The translations under genes and the position numbers were made by a program. DNA of 64,000 nucleotides from Geosiphon pyriformis uo1 (Eukaryota > Fungi > Glomeromycota): positions 34,388 through 98,387 of the forward strand of contig JAAOMT010000197.1 of assembly GCA_016748015.1 (NCBI GenBank). The letters run 5' to 3'. This document shows, piece after piece, positions 13,592-26,475 of the stretch. The notes beneath the pieces were generated by a model. It was not told the origin of the DNA. It saw nothing but the letters and a program-made list of their open reading frames with translations, and made no database searches. Each line of letters opens with the position of its first letter. Position 1 is the stretch's first letter.

Positions 13592-16334
13592 ATGGCTTCT
13601 TCATACGCATCCTCTTCTAAACTCAAAAGAAGAAACTCGCAGCCAAATGCAGTTGCAAGTCAATATCACCCCGAGGACTTCGGCCCACTTTCCGTTAGTA
13701 CGGGGTCTCTCGAAATGATGAGTCAAGTTTATCCACAGCCAACAAGCAATGTCTTTCCTTCAAATTCTGCCTCAAAACCAATCACTCAAGCCCACACAGC
13801 TCAATTACTTGATCAACACAACTTTGCAAAAAATTGTCAAAGTGTCTTAGGTCTTCTTACAGGCACGCGTACAATTTTAGAAGATCTTCGAGAAACAAAC
13901 AACACTCGCTTTGTCATCCAATATCCTTTTGTTAAATCAAATAATCCTCGCAAACCACAGCGTACACAGTCTTTTTCTGAAAAAAATCTCGTTCGTCTTC
14001 CAGTCAAGAGAACAAATAGCCTTTCTAGCCCTTTTAATCCAATGGAACCTCTTTCCAACTTCCAACAAGAAGTCAAATATCGGCTTTTGTCATCTGAGGA
14101 TGAATTTAATTCCAATATAAACATCCTCAAATTGGATATGCAAATGCAAGATAGTTCATCGGCCGAGATGGCTTCCCTTGAAAAAGGATCTATCGCGCAC
14201 TTACTCAATGTGAAAATTGGCAAGATTTTGAATCATTTGCAAAATCTTAGTGCTCGAATTGCTGATAAAAGCTCTAAAGTATTGGTTGCAGGAGATTTGA
14301 ACGCAGGAAAAAGCACGTTTGTAAATGCCCTTCTACGCCGAAATGTCTTGCCCGTTGATCAACAACCTTGCACCACATTGTTCTGCGAGGTATTAGATGC
14401 TCGGGAAAATGGAGGCGTTGAAGCTGTACATGGTATCAAAGACATAAAAGCCTATAACGTTGATGATCCTTCTACCTACACAAATGTTGGGTTTGAGAAT
14501 TTGGAAAGAGTGGTGTCTGATAATGTCGATCAATACGTTTTATTAAAAATTTATTGCCAGGATCGTCGATTGTCAAACGAGAGTTTACTTCACAATGGAG
14601 TGGTGGATATTGCGTTAATTGACTGTCCTGGTTTGAATTCAGATTCTTTGAAAACGATGGCAGTATTCGCTAGACAAGAAGAAATTGATGTGATTGTGTT
14701 TCTCGTTAGTGCCGAAAATCATTTCACTCTGTCGGTATGTGCAATAATCGAATAAATGATGTTTTATATTGGTAATGCAACTCAAATTAATATTTTTACC
14801 ATATTAATCATTTAAAGGCAAACCAATTTTTGTGGAATGCTTCAAATGAAAAAGCTTATCTTTTTATTGTTGTTAACAAGTTTGACGAAATAAAAAACAA
14901 AGAAAAATGCAGGCGCATGATATTAGACCAGATTAAACAAATATCACCTCGCACCTTTGAATATCATGACGATCTTGTTCATTTTGTCAGTGCGAATTCT
15001 ATCAATTTTGATGGGAACCCTCATCATCCACAAAAGAATCCGGAGGTAGATCATCTTGAAGAGAGTTTACGTACCTTTGTTTTGAAAAAGCGTTCCAAAT
15101 CCAAGTTAGCTCCGGCAGGGCATTACTTGCGTAACATTTTATATGATATTGGTGTCCTCTCTGAATTCAATGGTGACATTGCCAAGAAAGAATTTCTCGA
15201 GGTCAAAAAAGAGCTCGAAGAAGGGGAACCAGGGTTCAAGAAATTAAAACGTGATGCTGATAAAGTTGTTGAGGAGGCCGAAAGTCTTGCTGAGGCGACC
15301 TGTGTGAATATTCAAAAGACAACCAAGCAACGTCTTTCCCATGTCATTCTGAACGTTCATGAAGTATCTGACCGTTGTGAATATCACAGCTTTTTATATG
15401 TGTGGAACTATGCTATTGAACTTAGGAATAATATGTTGCAAGTCATTCAAGACGAACTTCGTCAAACTGAATTTAAAGCTAAGCTTGAGACTAAAGCTTG
15501 CATTGAAAAAATTCATTCTTCGGCCGTTCAAAATCTACATACCGAGCCAGATAACAAGAAGCTAGAAAAGTGTTTTACCTCCAAGAATAACCATCACATT
15601 CAGATCCACATAGATCCAAGTGACTTCTTTGATTTTAACCTTAATTTTGACCTTGACCTTGGCAGTAGAGTTAATGAAGGAGTGGGAACAATGATCGGCC
15701 TATCAAGCACTGCCCTTGTGATGGTAGGCAAATTCAATGATTTGACAAAAAAACTAAAGGTTAAATTCCAAGCTTTATCACTTAATACCTTTCTATAGTT
15801 TGGGGGCAAAGTTATCGGTTATAATCAAATCACTTCTGCCTTGTGGAAGTTCACAAGTATCATGGGAATAAACAATCTGCAGAGAATGGCAATTCCATTC
15901 ATAGGCATGGCTGGTGAGATTATTGATTATATTTCAATATCAAAAAGTTTGTCACTGATTGCAAAATCTATTTTATAGGTATAGGTTTTGCTTGGTACGT
16001 CGTTAGTGATGCGCGGCATGCGGTGTCTCGTAATGTGGCTCGCAAAATTCGTGACCAGCTTACAACATCTAATTATGCCGATGAGCAGGCTACCCGCATT
16101 GCTCATCAAGGACGCAAGGCTACCAGACGCTCTATCAATCATTTAAGAGATTGCTTCCGACGTGCCATTGAGGCAGAAGAACAGAAACGTCAACAACAAA
16201 TTGCACAGGCACGGCGTGCAGATGAAGCCAAATTTTACTTTAGCAGTGTACTATCAAAAGCCGAAGAAATGTCTAAAGTTTTGGAAGCTTTAGGAATTGA
16301 TGTTATTGAAGATGAAGTCCTTGAGGTGAAATAG
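13592..16334 (+). CDS. FZO1: Mitofusin Fzo1, dynamin-like transmembrane GTPase, ~839 aa, 4 exons (13592-14734, 14818-15723, 15799-15913, 15979-16334)
   Basis: G1 SSKVLVAGDLNAGKSTFVNALL, LPVDQQPCT, G3 DIALIDCPGLNSDS, ARQEEIDV..FLVSAENHFTLS, G4 IVVNKFD, two hydrophobic segments and a C-terminal coiled coil. GT-AG introns restore the frame. Confidence 0.95.
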
Positions 16335-17299
16335 GCAACCAATTCTTCAAGAAAACCAACTTATAATGCGTTGTTCACATTAATTACTTGAAATTTGGTT
16401 TCTTGTGTGTCTCTATAATGGAATAACAAACTATCAAAGGATCCAAGTACTCCCCTAAGAACCATATATTAGGGTTAACTATCCATTACCCCAATCAATT
16501 TCTAGAAATCCCTCTTCATATACTTTCCGAAAAATTTAACATTGAAACTTGCTTAATAAGGGAAATTTCAACTTTATGATTAGGATATGCTCCAATTAGT
16601 TAAGCAATTTGTTCAGTATTTCAAGAAAAACACAATAATCCAAAAAAATCAACAAATTTTTCGTTTTTTTAATTCTGGATCTGAAAAATCCAGAGATTTT
16701 GTTCATTTGGAAAAGTTCACTTTTTATGCTTTGCGCCAGATTAAAAATCGGGTATTTTACCATTTAAAAAAATATTAAGGTCTTTTTTGAGTCATCCTTA
16801 ATCGTCTTTATTAAGGTTTTTTTTATTTAACTTTTTTCATAATGGTTTTCTTTTTTAATCTTAAAGCTTTTTGTTTTTTTTGCTTTTGTTTCAATTTTAT
16901 TTAATAAACATTTACCAATTATTATGCAAATTTATAATAATTCAAATATCATAAATTTTTTATTTTTTTATTTCCTTTTAATATGAATCATTTTTATTTA
17001 ACATGTAAATATTAGCAAGCTATTAATAATAAAAACATTTATTATTTAGAATATTTTGCTTTTATTTTTTATGTAAAGAAAAAGTTTATTAAAATAACAA
17101 AATTTAAAGAAACACATAAATATTTAAATAAACTTAATTTTAAATATTTTATTAGTTATTATTAAAAAAAACTTTGCATTTATTTGGTTTTGTTAAAACA
17201 CAGCTCTTTGTTTTATTAATATAAATTACAAAAAATTATATTAATTTATTTTTATTTGTTAAGTTAAACATAATAAATCATTTTTATTATAAGTATAAC

Positions 17300-18532
17300 C
17301 AAAAAAAAAGATTAAAAAAATCTATTTTAAATATAATTAAGCATATTTTTGACAAATTAAAAAAAATTAATATTGAAATACTATTTTTAATATAGCTTAT
17401 TAATAAAATTATTGTTAATATAAATAAATTTAATGTATTGTTAAAAAAATCTGTTTTTTAAGACAGTAAAATAAACGGCTTTTATGACAATATTGATAAT
17501 AAATTAAAATTTAAAGATATAAAAAATTATGCTATTAAAAAACCAGTTTTAATCTAAATAATAATAAAAAATTTCTAAATATTACAAATAATTTAACTTT
17601 ATAAAATATCAAAACCAAATTTTTTAAGCTAAAAAAACCAATTAAACAGTTTGATTTTAATAATAGTAAAAATGTTAATAATATTTTTTATTTTTTTATT
17701 TTTTTGAATAAAAAAATTATGTTTTTTTAAAATTTTCAAAAAAAATTCTGTAAAATTTTTGAATTTATTAGTTATAAAAAGAAAAAGTTTTTAAAATAAG
17801 TTGAAATATATCAAATATTTTTTTAAATTTTTAAACAAAATTAAGCAAATAATATAATAATAAAAAATTAAATATGTTTATTAATAATAAAACTATTAAT
17901 AATTAAAATTTACTTAATTTAAAAAAAAAATAAAGTTAGATATTAAAGTCCAATAATAATAATAAGTTTAATAATAAAAATAATTAAATTTAGTTTATAT
18001 TTAAAACTTAATAAACTATTATTAATAATTAATCTGTTTTAAAAATTTTTAACTTGTAATATAAAAAAATAAACAATTTTGTAAAACAAAAAAATATTGT
18101 AAAATAATACAATATTATAAATAATTTGATTTTTATTATTATTAAAACTAAATTAAAAGACAAAATTAAATTATAAAGATTAAAAACATGTAAATTTTTA
18201 TATTTAGTATTAGATTAAATATTTAAATTATAATATTGTAATTATTATTAATAAAATTATAATTAAACATATGTATTAAGTTTTTAAAATAACTAATTAG
18301 TTTTTATTAATTAAATTATTATTTAAAAATAAACTTTTTATTATAATTTTGGAATTTTATATTAAAACTTTTTTTGATTTAATTTTAAAAATATAAAAAA
18401 GACTATTAATTTTATTTTTACTAATAAAAATTTTTTAAATTAGATATATAATAAGATTTTTTATAATTTTAATAAATTTTTAATATAAATTATTAAATTA
18501 TATTAATTAATATTTAATTAAATGTTTTATGT
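17300..18532 (+). mobile_element. Extremely AT-eroded 'ghost' LINE (ORF1 remnant and start of APE endonuclease); probable host of the later insertions
   Basis: ~18053-18170 translates TCNIKKINNFVKQKNIV...NNLIFIIIKTKLKDKIK, collinear with ORF2 starts of younger copies (ATCNIKGMNNMAKQEDI...NNLVLIFMEIKLK). Boundaries approximate; it probably continues at 26363-26475 and 28760-29380. Confidence 0.6.
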
Positions 18533-19465
18533 TGTTACTCATAGAATATAAGAATTAAATATTAGTACATAAATTAACCAATCAAAATAAACGTAATAAA
18601 AAGTAAAATTCCAGGATTCCTCTTAGAGGAATTGCAGAATTCCAGAAATTTTAGGATTCTTATATAAAGAATTGCAGAATTCCAGAATTGCAGAATTTTT
18701 CTCAAAGAAATTGCAGAATTCCAGGAATTCCAGAATTTCTGGCTAGAGAATTGAGAGATTTAAAGAATCTTGTACAATAAAATTTATGTATATATAGCAG
18801 TAGTATCAGAAGCTAGAAAATTAGTCAAGAAGACTTAGAGTCAACAGAACTCTTAGAGTCAATTAGACTCACAGACCTCTTAGTTTTAGATTTAATCTAG
18901 CAACTTTCTATTCACAAATATCAATAAATAATTATTCATTATCTTAATCTACTCTTCACTATTAAAATTTCATGTTAATAATAATTAATACTTAACCACT
19001 TTGGAACAATAGCTCTTAATCATGGCTATTGACAAGATACTAACATTTATTGTTTTGGCTTATTTTCTTTACTTTCTTTCTTTTATTTTATTTGCATTTT
19101 TTTTTGTTATTTCTTTGGTTTATTAATTGATTAAAGAGAAAAACACTGAATTATTGACATCAAGGGTAGCCTAGTAAAAGACCCCAAAAGAAAGGTATAA
19201 CATTGAAGATTTAAGAATAGCTTACCAGAAGGGCATTTTTGCCAGATTACTGGTCATTACACTGAGAAAAAAATTCGACAGAATTGCAATTCTAGAAGAC
19301 TACTAAAAAGATAACAAATAAAATTTCTGTCTATTATACAAAAGACTCAACCAATAAAAACCTTCAGATATAAACAATTTTCAGAAATCAACATCAATAT
19401 ATCAATTAAGTACCAAGTTACGGATCTGTTATTTGATTTGAGATCTTAAATAATCATCTGTAATA
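18533..19465 (+). mobile_element. Solo LTR (933 bp)
   Basis: Termini TGTTAC...GTAATA (GTAACA with C>T) and exact 4-bp TSD ATGT (18529-18532 / 19466-19469). Internal tandem repeats, TATA-like TATATATA, AATAAA, and a pyrimidine tract followed by AGGGTAGC as in the LTR at 54777-55756. Confidence 0.85.
18607..18742. repeat. Tandem 8-bp AATT(G/C)CAG array in the U3-like part of the solo LTR
   Basis: Repeated GAATTGCAGAATTCCAG units are visible. Confidence 0.8.
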
Positions 19466-19641
19466 ATGTAAACAAATTAATAAAAATTATTAAAAATACA
19501 AAGTTTTTTATTTATTTATGGATTTTAATGAGTGAAGTCCAACTGCTATCTAGTACATAGAGCCAAACTAAGTAATCCAAACTAAATGCAACTCATGCAC
19601 TTACTATATATGATTAGCCATTCAGGTTAGACAAGACAATA

Positions 19642-22600
19642 TTACACACCTATTCTAACTCATATATCACCATTTAAACCAGAAAAAAAATAACACAGTT
19701 TGTGGCAACTAAAGCTAACAGCAAAAAACTTAACAATACCAAGCATTCTAACTATTCTATTAAACAATATTGAGGACACACCACAAGAAAGCCCAGAAAC
19801 CACACTATTATTATGAGTTAAACCACTCTTCTCTATTCTCACTCTGTGCTCAGATCTTACCAATCATACCTTAATATAATGCAATTCTACAACAAATCTT
19901 ACATAATTAACTACTTTAATAGCAGTCTTTTTTTTATTCTCAAAAATACTAAAAGTCTTTTCACACTATTCTTTTAACACAAATTCCTTATACACTACAG
20001 CATACAAACCAATATTCAAGGAATATTAAAAGAAGACTCACAGCACAGCAGAAAAAAACAAATCATAAACACCAGCCATAGCAATCTACTATGTAGAAGC
20101 TTCAACCAAAATTTTATCACAAACAACAACATCCTAAGCACAAGTGAAAGCATGATCCAAAAACTCAACTTTACCACACAACAAATACAGTACACTAGGG
20201 TAACTTTTGTCATACAATCTCTTTCTAACCATTACCAATAGATATCTATGTATGGCTTTTATCAAATATGTGTACAAGTTGGAAGATCTTCAGCTAATAA
20301 ACTCAGCAAACATGTAAGAATTGGAGTGTCATATCTTCATAGTAAGAACTCAGTTTATATACTTGATTAATATATCTAGAACCATACTGCAGCCAGAACT
20401 GGCTTCCCAATAAGCACAACAGATAGACCAAAATATATTCCTGACAAAATAATGAGCACTGTCAGATACAACCATGTTATCAGTCATCAAAAAATATTCT
20501 TGCACACCAGCCAGCAAAAAAAAAAGAGACTGTGCAGCTCTCTCAACCACAAAATCAGCCTTTACATTACCAGTAACCCTAGAATGGCCCTTAATCTTGA
20601 CTTATTTCACATTAAGATCCTTATTTCTAATTAAATTGAAAATATGTTACCTCTTAATTCAACACTGATTACAAAAATCAGATATAGTAAATGACAATTC
20701 CAACACATATGCATCAATAGCAGCTTAACTGTTGAGGTACAATACTACAATATTAGAAAATAAAACACACTCCAATGACAATACAACAGCTTGCAACTCA
20801 GCCAATATAAAAGACAAAAAACCATAAACAACAACACTAACACTTATATTCAAGACTGGAAAGTACATAGCTGCACTATTAACAACATCTGCAGAGCCAG
20901 CACTTCTCAATGAACCATCTGTATATACATCAAAAAAACCAGCCCAAATCTCATGCAGACTATCTCTTACAGCAGACAGCTCATTAGACTTCAGAATATT
21001 TAGACCATGTAATTAAGCAAAATTAGCACCACTAGACAGAAACAAAACTTGACCCAACAAAAACTTATATATAATCTCAAACTAATAAGGAATAAAGCCC
21101 TATAGATTCAGTCTCTTCCAACAATGAAAAGTCTTTCAATTTAATATACTATCTTTCCTATCAAAAAGCTGATTACCAAAAACAACCCAAAGTGTTTCAG
21201 AGAATGAATGAAATTAAAATACAATGTCTTCCCAAGAATTAATAATATTGGAAATTGACTAGGACTATGAAAAGCATTGAATAGATTGTTTGCTAAAAAA
21301 AGCTTACTGCTCAAAAAAATTTTCACCATTCCAGCTAAAAAATTGTTCACCAAACTAACATATAACTTGACAGAAAATTGCAAAGAATCCAAAAGAGCCC
21401 ACTCCAAAACCTGCAAGTCCAAAAATTTATGATTAAATAAATGTTCAAAAATGTCTGGAGCATTAGAAAAAACATTAAAGAAGCCATCTTTTCTTCAGAT
21501 TGTGTCTGCTTAAAAGATTTTAAATTATACAAAGAGGGATAGTAAAAAGCTGCATCAAGAAAATTACAGAGCAAATGCATCTTAAGTTTAAGATTTTTTC
21601 TAATTATAACATCCTATTTGCAACACATATTAGTTGAGACAAAACTGAACTGAGTTCAGCAGCTGATTATAGGCTACAAAACAGCTAATACCAAATATAA
21701 GAATTGTTTATTTGTAATAATTTTTTTAAAAATGACATTAACAAAAAACCAAACATTAGAGTGAGCCTTAGAAACACTTGGCTTGGACAATTTTTTGGTA
21801 GACAAAAAAATTTCCAGATACCAATGTGTTTCATCTTTCTGACAATTGAAATTGGCTGACCACTAATATTCAAAGAAGCCATTCTAACCCCTTGATTAAT
21901 GGAAATAACCACCATTTTTTCATTGTTAATAGAAATATTATTGATATCAAAAAACTTACTGGCAATGTTCAAAGCATATTAAGTAGCAGTTTGACAGTTT
22001 CCGACTCAAATCATATTATCAACAAATGCACCAGCAGTAAAATAGGAAGTTATTTCACCACTATCTTCAATTTTGCCCATTTTTGAAACAAATTTAGTAT
22101 TAATCCAGTACCTACACAACTGTTTATGTCTTTTAACCTCACATAAAAACAGATCATAAAAGATCCTCCAAAGAAGAGACAAAAAGACTTTACCTTAATC
22201 CAAGCCATCATGAATTCTATAGCCATCTAACAGACCAAAATCAGATATCACTCTGTTAATTTTATCCTCATGTATACTGCCAAAAAACTTTATAAACCTG
22301 TTACACATCTTGATTTCTTATAAGCTAGCTTCTAAGTAAAACTATCCAATAGAATTGTATGTTTTATGCATATCTTGTAAGACCAACCAAAGTTCCCTAT
22401 TTTTTTCGAAAGTATTCTCAATCACTAACCCAACAGCAAACACAAGAGACTGTGTGGATGTGTTCTTCAATACTGAAAAGTTGTTATCATGGAAAACACC
22501 AAACTTACTACAAACAAATAAAATATGATCAAATAGAACTTTAGAAAGAATTTTCCTAGCAGTTTTGATCAAAGCTATGGGATAAATGTTCATAAAAATC

Positions 22601-24319
22601 CCATTTTAATTGTAAAGTTTAAAAATCATTGAAACCCATGCCTTCTTTTACAAAACAGAAACACTACCAACAACCAAACAAGCATTTAACAGCATTAAAA
22701 ATCACACCAAAACCCCATCATTACCATGTTTCCACAATTTATTAAGAATATCAGACAGTTCAATAGCCTTGCCCTTAGGAAGACCATTGACAACCAAAAG
22801 CAAATCACTCATATTAATAGGACACATTACACTAGAAAAAGCTTCATCTTTTACATGATCTAATGACACATATTGTCAAGCCCAAAGATTTGGCAATACC
22901 AAAAACACTCTCCATACCTTTGTCCAATTCTCTATAATTTTATTAACATTGTACTTTACCCCAATTGGCTCCAACACCAACTTGCCATCTACCATTAAAT
23001 GATCAAGAACCATCTTGCAAAAAAGCTTGTTCAAAATACTTTTTATTATGCCTTCTTTATTCAAACTAAAGCTTTTCATGCATCTGTCAATTGCCTTCCT
23101 AATAGATGCCTTCTCAGCCAATCTTGATTCATAAAGCTTGGACTTTCTGTATCTCTTCCAGACCATTAACAAATGCTTAAGAATATCTATTAACTTTTTG
23201 TTACAATAAACCATGTTTATAATCTTATAAGCCTCATCAGAATTCAGAGTCAACTATTTCCTAATGAGATACTCGAAACTAAACATATTCTCTGAGCTCA
23301 ATCTCTTAACAATCTTGGCAACCAATAATTTCAATCCAAAAAATTTAGTTTCTTAAACACTGTTATGCACTAAAATAATATCTGGAAAATGTCTCATTGG
23401 CTGATTTTACTATTATCTCTTTCAACAATTTTCATATTGTATCTAAATTACCACAAATTTCTACTACTAAGAACTTATTTTTCACTGTAGACAACTTAAT
23501 CATAAAGCTTTTCCTGAATTCTATCTATTTGGTACTATCTGCATCTTTAATCTTAAACTTTTAATAGTACTTATTAGCCTGTTTATACAAGCTATTTAAA
23601 CAAACATCCAAAAGTTCATCTAAGCCAACAAACACTATAATAGCTTTATAATTAGTGTTGAAAAAGCCAGTAACAAAGCCAATCTTATGACTAATAATAG
23701 CTAATGACAAATTTTTACTGACAAAAATATAATCAATAGTCTTCTCAACTCCTCTTAAATTGCTCTATGTAGAAGCTTTAACTAAATGATATCCAGAAAA
23801 TAAATTAACCAAACTCAAATTCAAACAGAATTTGAAACTTACACTCCTCCCAAACCTATTTTCATTAAAATCACTGCCCAAAACCACAAAAGTATTAGAG
23901 TTGACAGCCTTTGCAATAAAAAAGTTTACCTTTGAAGCCAGTTCAAACTTAACATCAGATAAAACACCAGCATACAAACCCAGAACTGTAACCAAGAGCT
24001 TGCCTTTAAACAGAAGCCACACTAAAATAACCCAACCAAGAATCTCCTCCATCTTGAAAACATGATAAGTCAAAGAATTGTTCATAATAATGGCTACTTT
24101 AGTACCAAGAAAACTCTTTTCTAACCCAGATGTAAAAATATGTATATTATCAAATTTATTAGAAATCTATGGTTTGATGCTTAATTGCAACTTAGTTTCT
24201 ATAACAACAGATATCATATTACCTGAATTCACATGCCAGTAAACAATATCCTCCTGCTTGGCAGAAACATTAATACCTTAAACATTGCACATAGCAAATT
24301 TCCAAACCAACTTACTTAT
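19642..24319 (-). pseudogene. LINE A ORF2 (endonuclease, RT, RNase H), disrupted
   Basis: Multiple track fragments collinear with ORF2 of copies E and G; many stop codons. Confidence 0.85.
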
Positions 24320-26268
24320 TGAGACAAAAAGAGAGCTGACAAATCCAAACTAAAACACAAATGATTTAATCTTTCTAAAACTGAACCAATTAACACTTTC
24401 AAAGCTACTATCTTTGATTTCAAACCACCCACCTTAGTGGTTAGAATTTTAAAACTACTTAAGCTAAAGTCTGCAGCTACATTAACAACAACTGGAAAAA
24501 AAGGAACAGATGAAGCCAATGTGCCATCCAAAACCATATTCAAATTGAAATCAGAAACCAAGAGCACAGAAGTAACCAGAAAAGAGGCATAAGAAGAGAA
24601 CATTAAAGGTACCAATTTGATAAAACTCAATTTTTTCAAAATCCCAGATACCTGATCAGCCAAGAGCTCTACAGAGTGCTTCAAAGAGTCTAAATGATTA
24701 GTTAAACAAGAAATGTCATAAAGACCAGAGACTACTGAGATGGGTTTTGCACCCAAAGATAAACCAGCACCAAAAAAATCCAATGAGATCACACAAAAGG
24801 AAAAGGCACTAGCAACCTGGATCTAGATCTTGCCATTAAAAGAAACTGGATAGAAGATAAGTGCTTGTTTCTTCTTATAAATATTGGCCAAATGGATCTG
24901 ATCCTGAGAAAAAACCATCCACTTACCACAAACACCAGAATTTTCACCCACTAAACAACCAACAAAAACATAACCAAATTGTTTACATCAGGCACAGCAA
25001 GCCAGAAAAAGACTAGTTCAATGCAGATTTACACCTTTAAAAACAGAAACAGAACTAATAGCAGCCACTCTGGATGTCTTATCATTAAAACAAATTACAG
25101 TGCATCTATTGCAAACATATGTAATCAAATTGCAGCCAATGGCACAAGTTTTTCCATTATAAGAAGCCAAAAGATTAGAGAAATCATGAGCAGTAAAGCC
25201 AACTGGCAATATATACAGCAAAGCCCAATGCTAATCTTTAAATATCCATGTTTGTCTATTACTAATAGCTTTTGCCATATAAACAGAATCCTTTTTTATA
25301 AAAACAGACCACTTAACTGCGACCAAATTAGCTATTTTAGATGATTTATATTCCACCAGAGTCTTTTGCCAAAGACCAATTAATTACATCTTAATAGAAA
25401 TTATCTTACCGAATTTGGAAAACACAGATTCTACAGCCAATTTGGGAAGATTAACTGGAATTTCCTTAATAACAATTTCCCAATCTGAGTATTTGTTTAT
25501 CTGCTTAACATTATTATTAACTAAAATTTTTTCACTAACAGCCAATTTCTTTGTCTTTTTCAAACTTAAATCAGATATAAAAGATGATTTAATAATTCTT
25601 AAAAATTTTAAGGAAGTTAAAGCTCTCCCAAAACCATCCACACAATAGAAGATTTTTTTAACAAAAATTAACTTATTACTAACAGTCTTACCAAACACTA
25701 TGGAGAGCTCAATATCAAATACAAATAACTTACCCAAATTAAAATTCCATTTTTTCAATACATATGACTTGACTAGCAGCAACTAATTGGACCCAGTAAA
25801 CTTAGAAAAAGAAAGCTCTAAGACCTCATTATTGTCACTTATGTCACTATATAAAAGTGCTTTTGGTGGGTGGCCTAATACATACATATATATATGAGTT
25901 TTCTTTGAAGTTGTTTTGTCTATATTCTCATCATTTATTGAATTATCTGACTTTGTGTAATTTGTTTCCTTAGCTATCATGTTCTTTATATTTTCAACAT
26001 CTAATAGTCCACTAATACTACTTGCAATGCTGCCAACATCACTTCCCCAAGATATTACAGGTTTAATACTAGTAATACCAATATCTTTTAAGCTCAGAAA
26101 ACTGGCAGATGAGTCAACCATATCACCAGTCACTGGCACTTTCAGTTTTTTGTAAAATGCATCACAGGAGTAGATAGTGTTTACATGTTTCTTTTTTGCA
26201 TTCAAACAGATTTCCAAATTAGTCAAATCAGTTCTAAAATCATCAGCAGATGTATTCACAAGTTCCAT
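24316..26268 (-). pseudogene. LINE A ORF1 (RRM-like, zinc-knuckle remnant, coiled coil), disrupted
   Basis: EIVIKEIPVNLPKLAVESVFSKFGKIISIKM and KILTTKVGGLKSKI match ORF1 of the other copies. Confidence 0.85.
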
Positions 26269-26475
26269 AATAACAAAAACAGAAATAGCTAAAAAAATAA
26301 TTAACAAAAGAAGGAAGAAAAAAAAAGAAAAAAAAATGCTATATCTTTGACATACAAAGTTTGCAATATAAAAAAATTTTAAATAGATTTAAAAATTTGT
26401 TCTTAATTAATATATTAAATACAATATAATTTTTTAATAATACAAAAAAACCAAAAATTTAATTATAATATAAAT

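Larger units (their letters stand above)
19507..26351 (-). mobile_element. Full-length degenerate LINE (copy A): ORF1 + APE-RT-RNaseH-ZnF ORF2
   Basis: 11-bp TSD ATACAAAGTTT (19496-19506 / 26352-26362), A-rich tail at the left end and the conserved 3' tail. Fragments PIALIKTARKILSK, LWLVLQDMHKTY and AELQAVVLSLECV. Confidence 0.9.
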
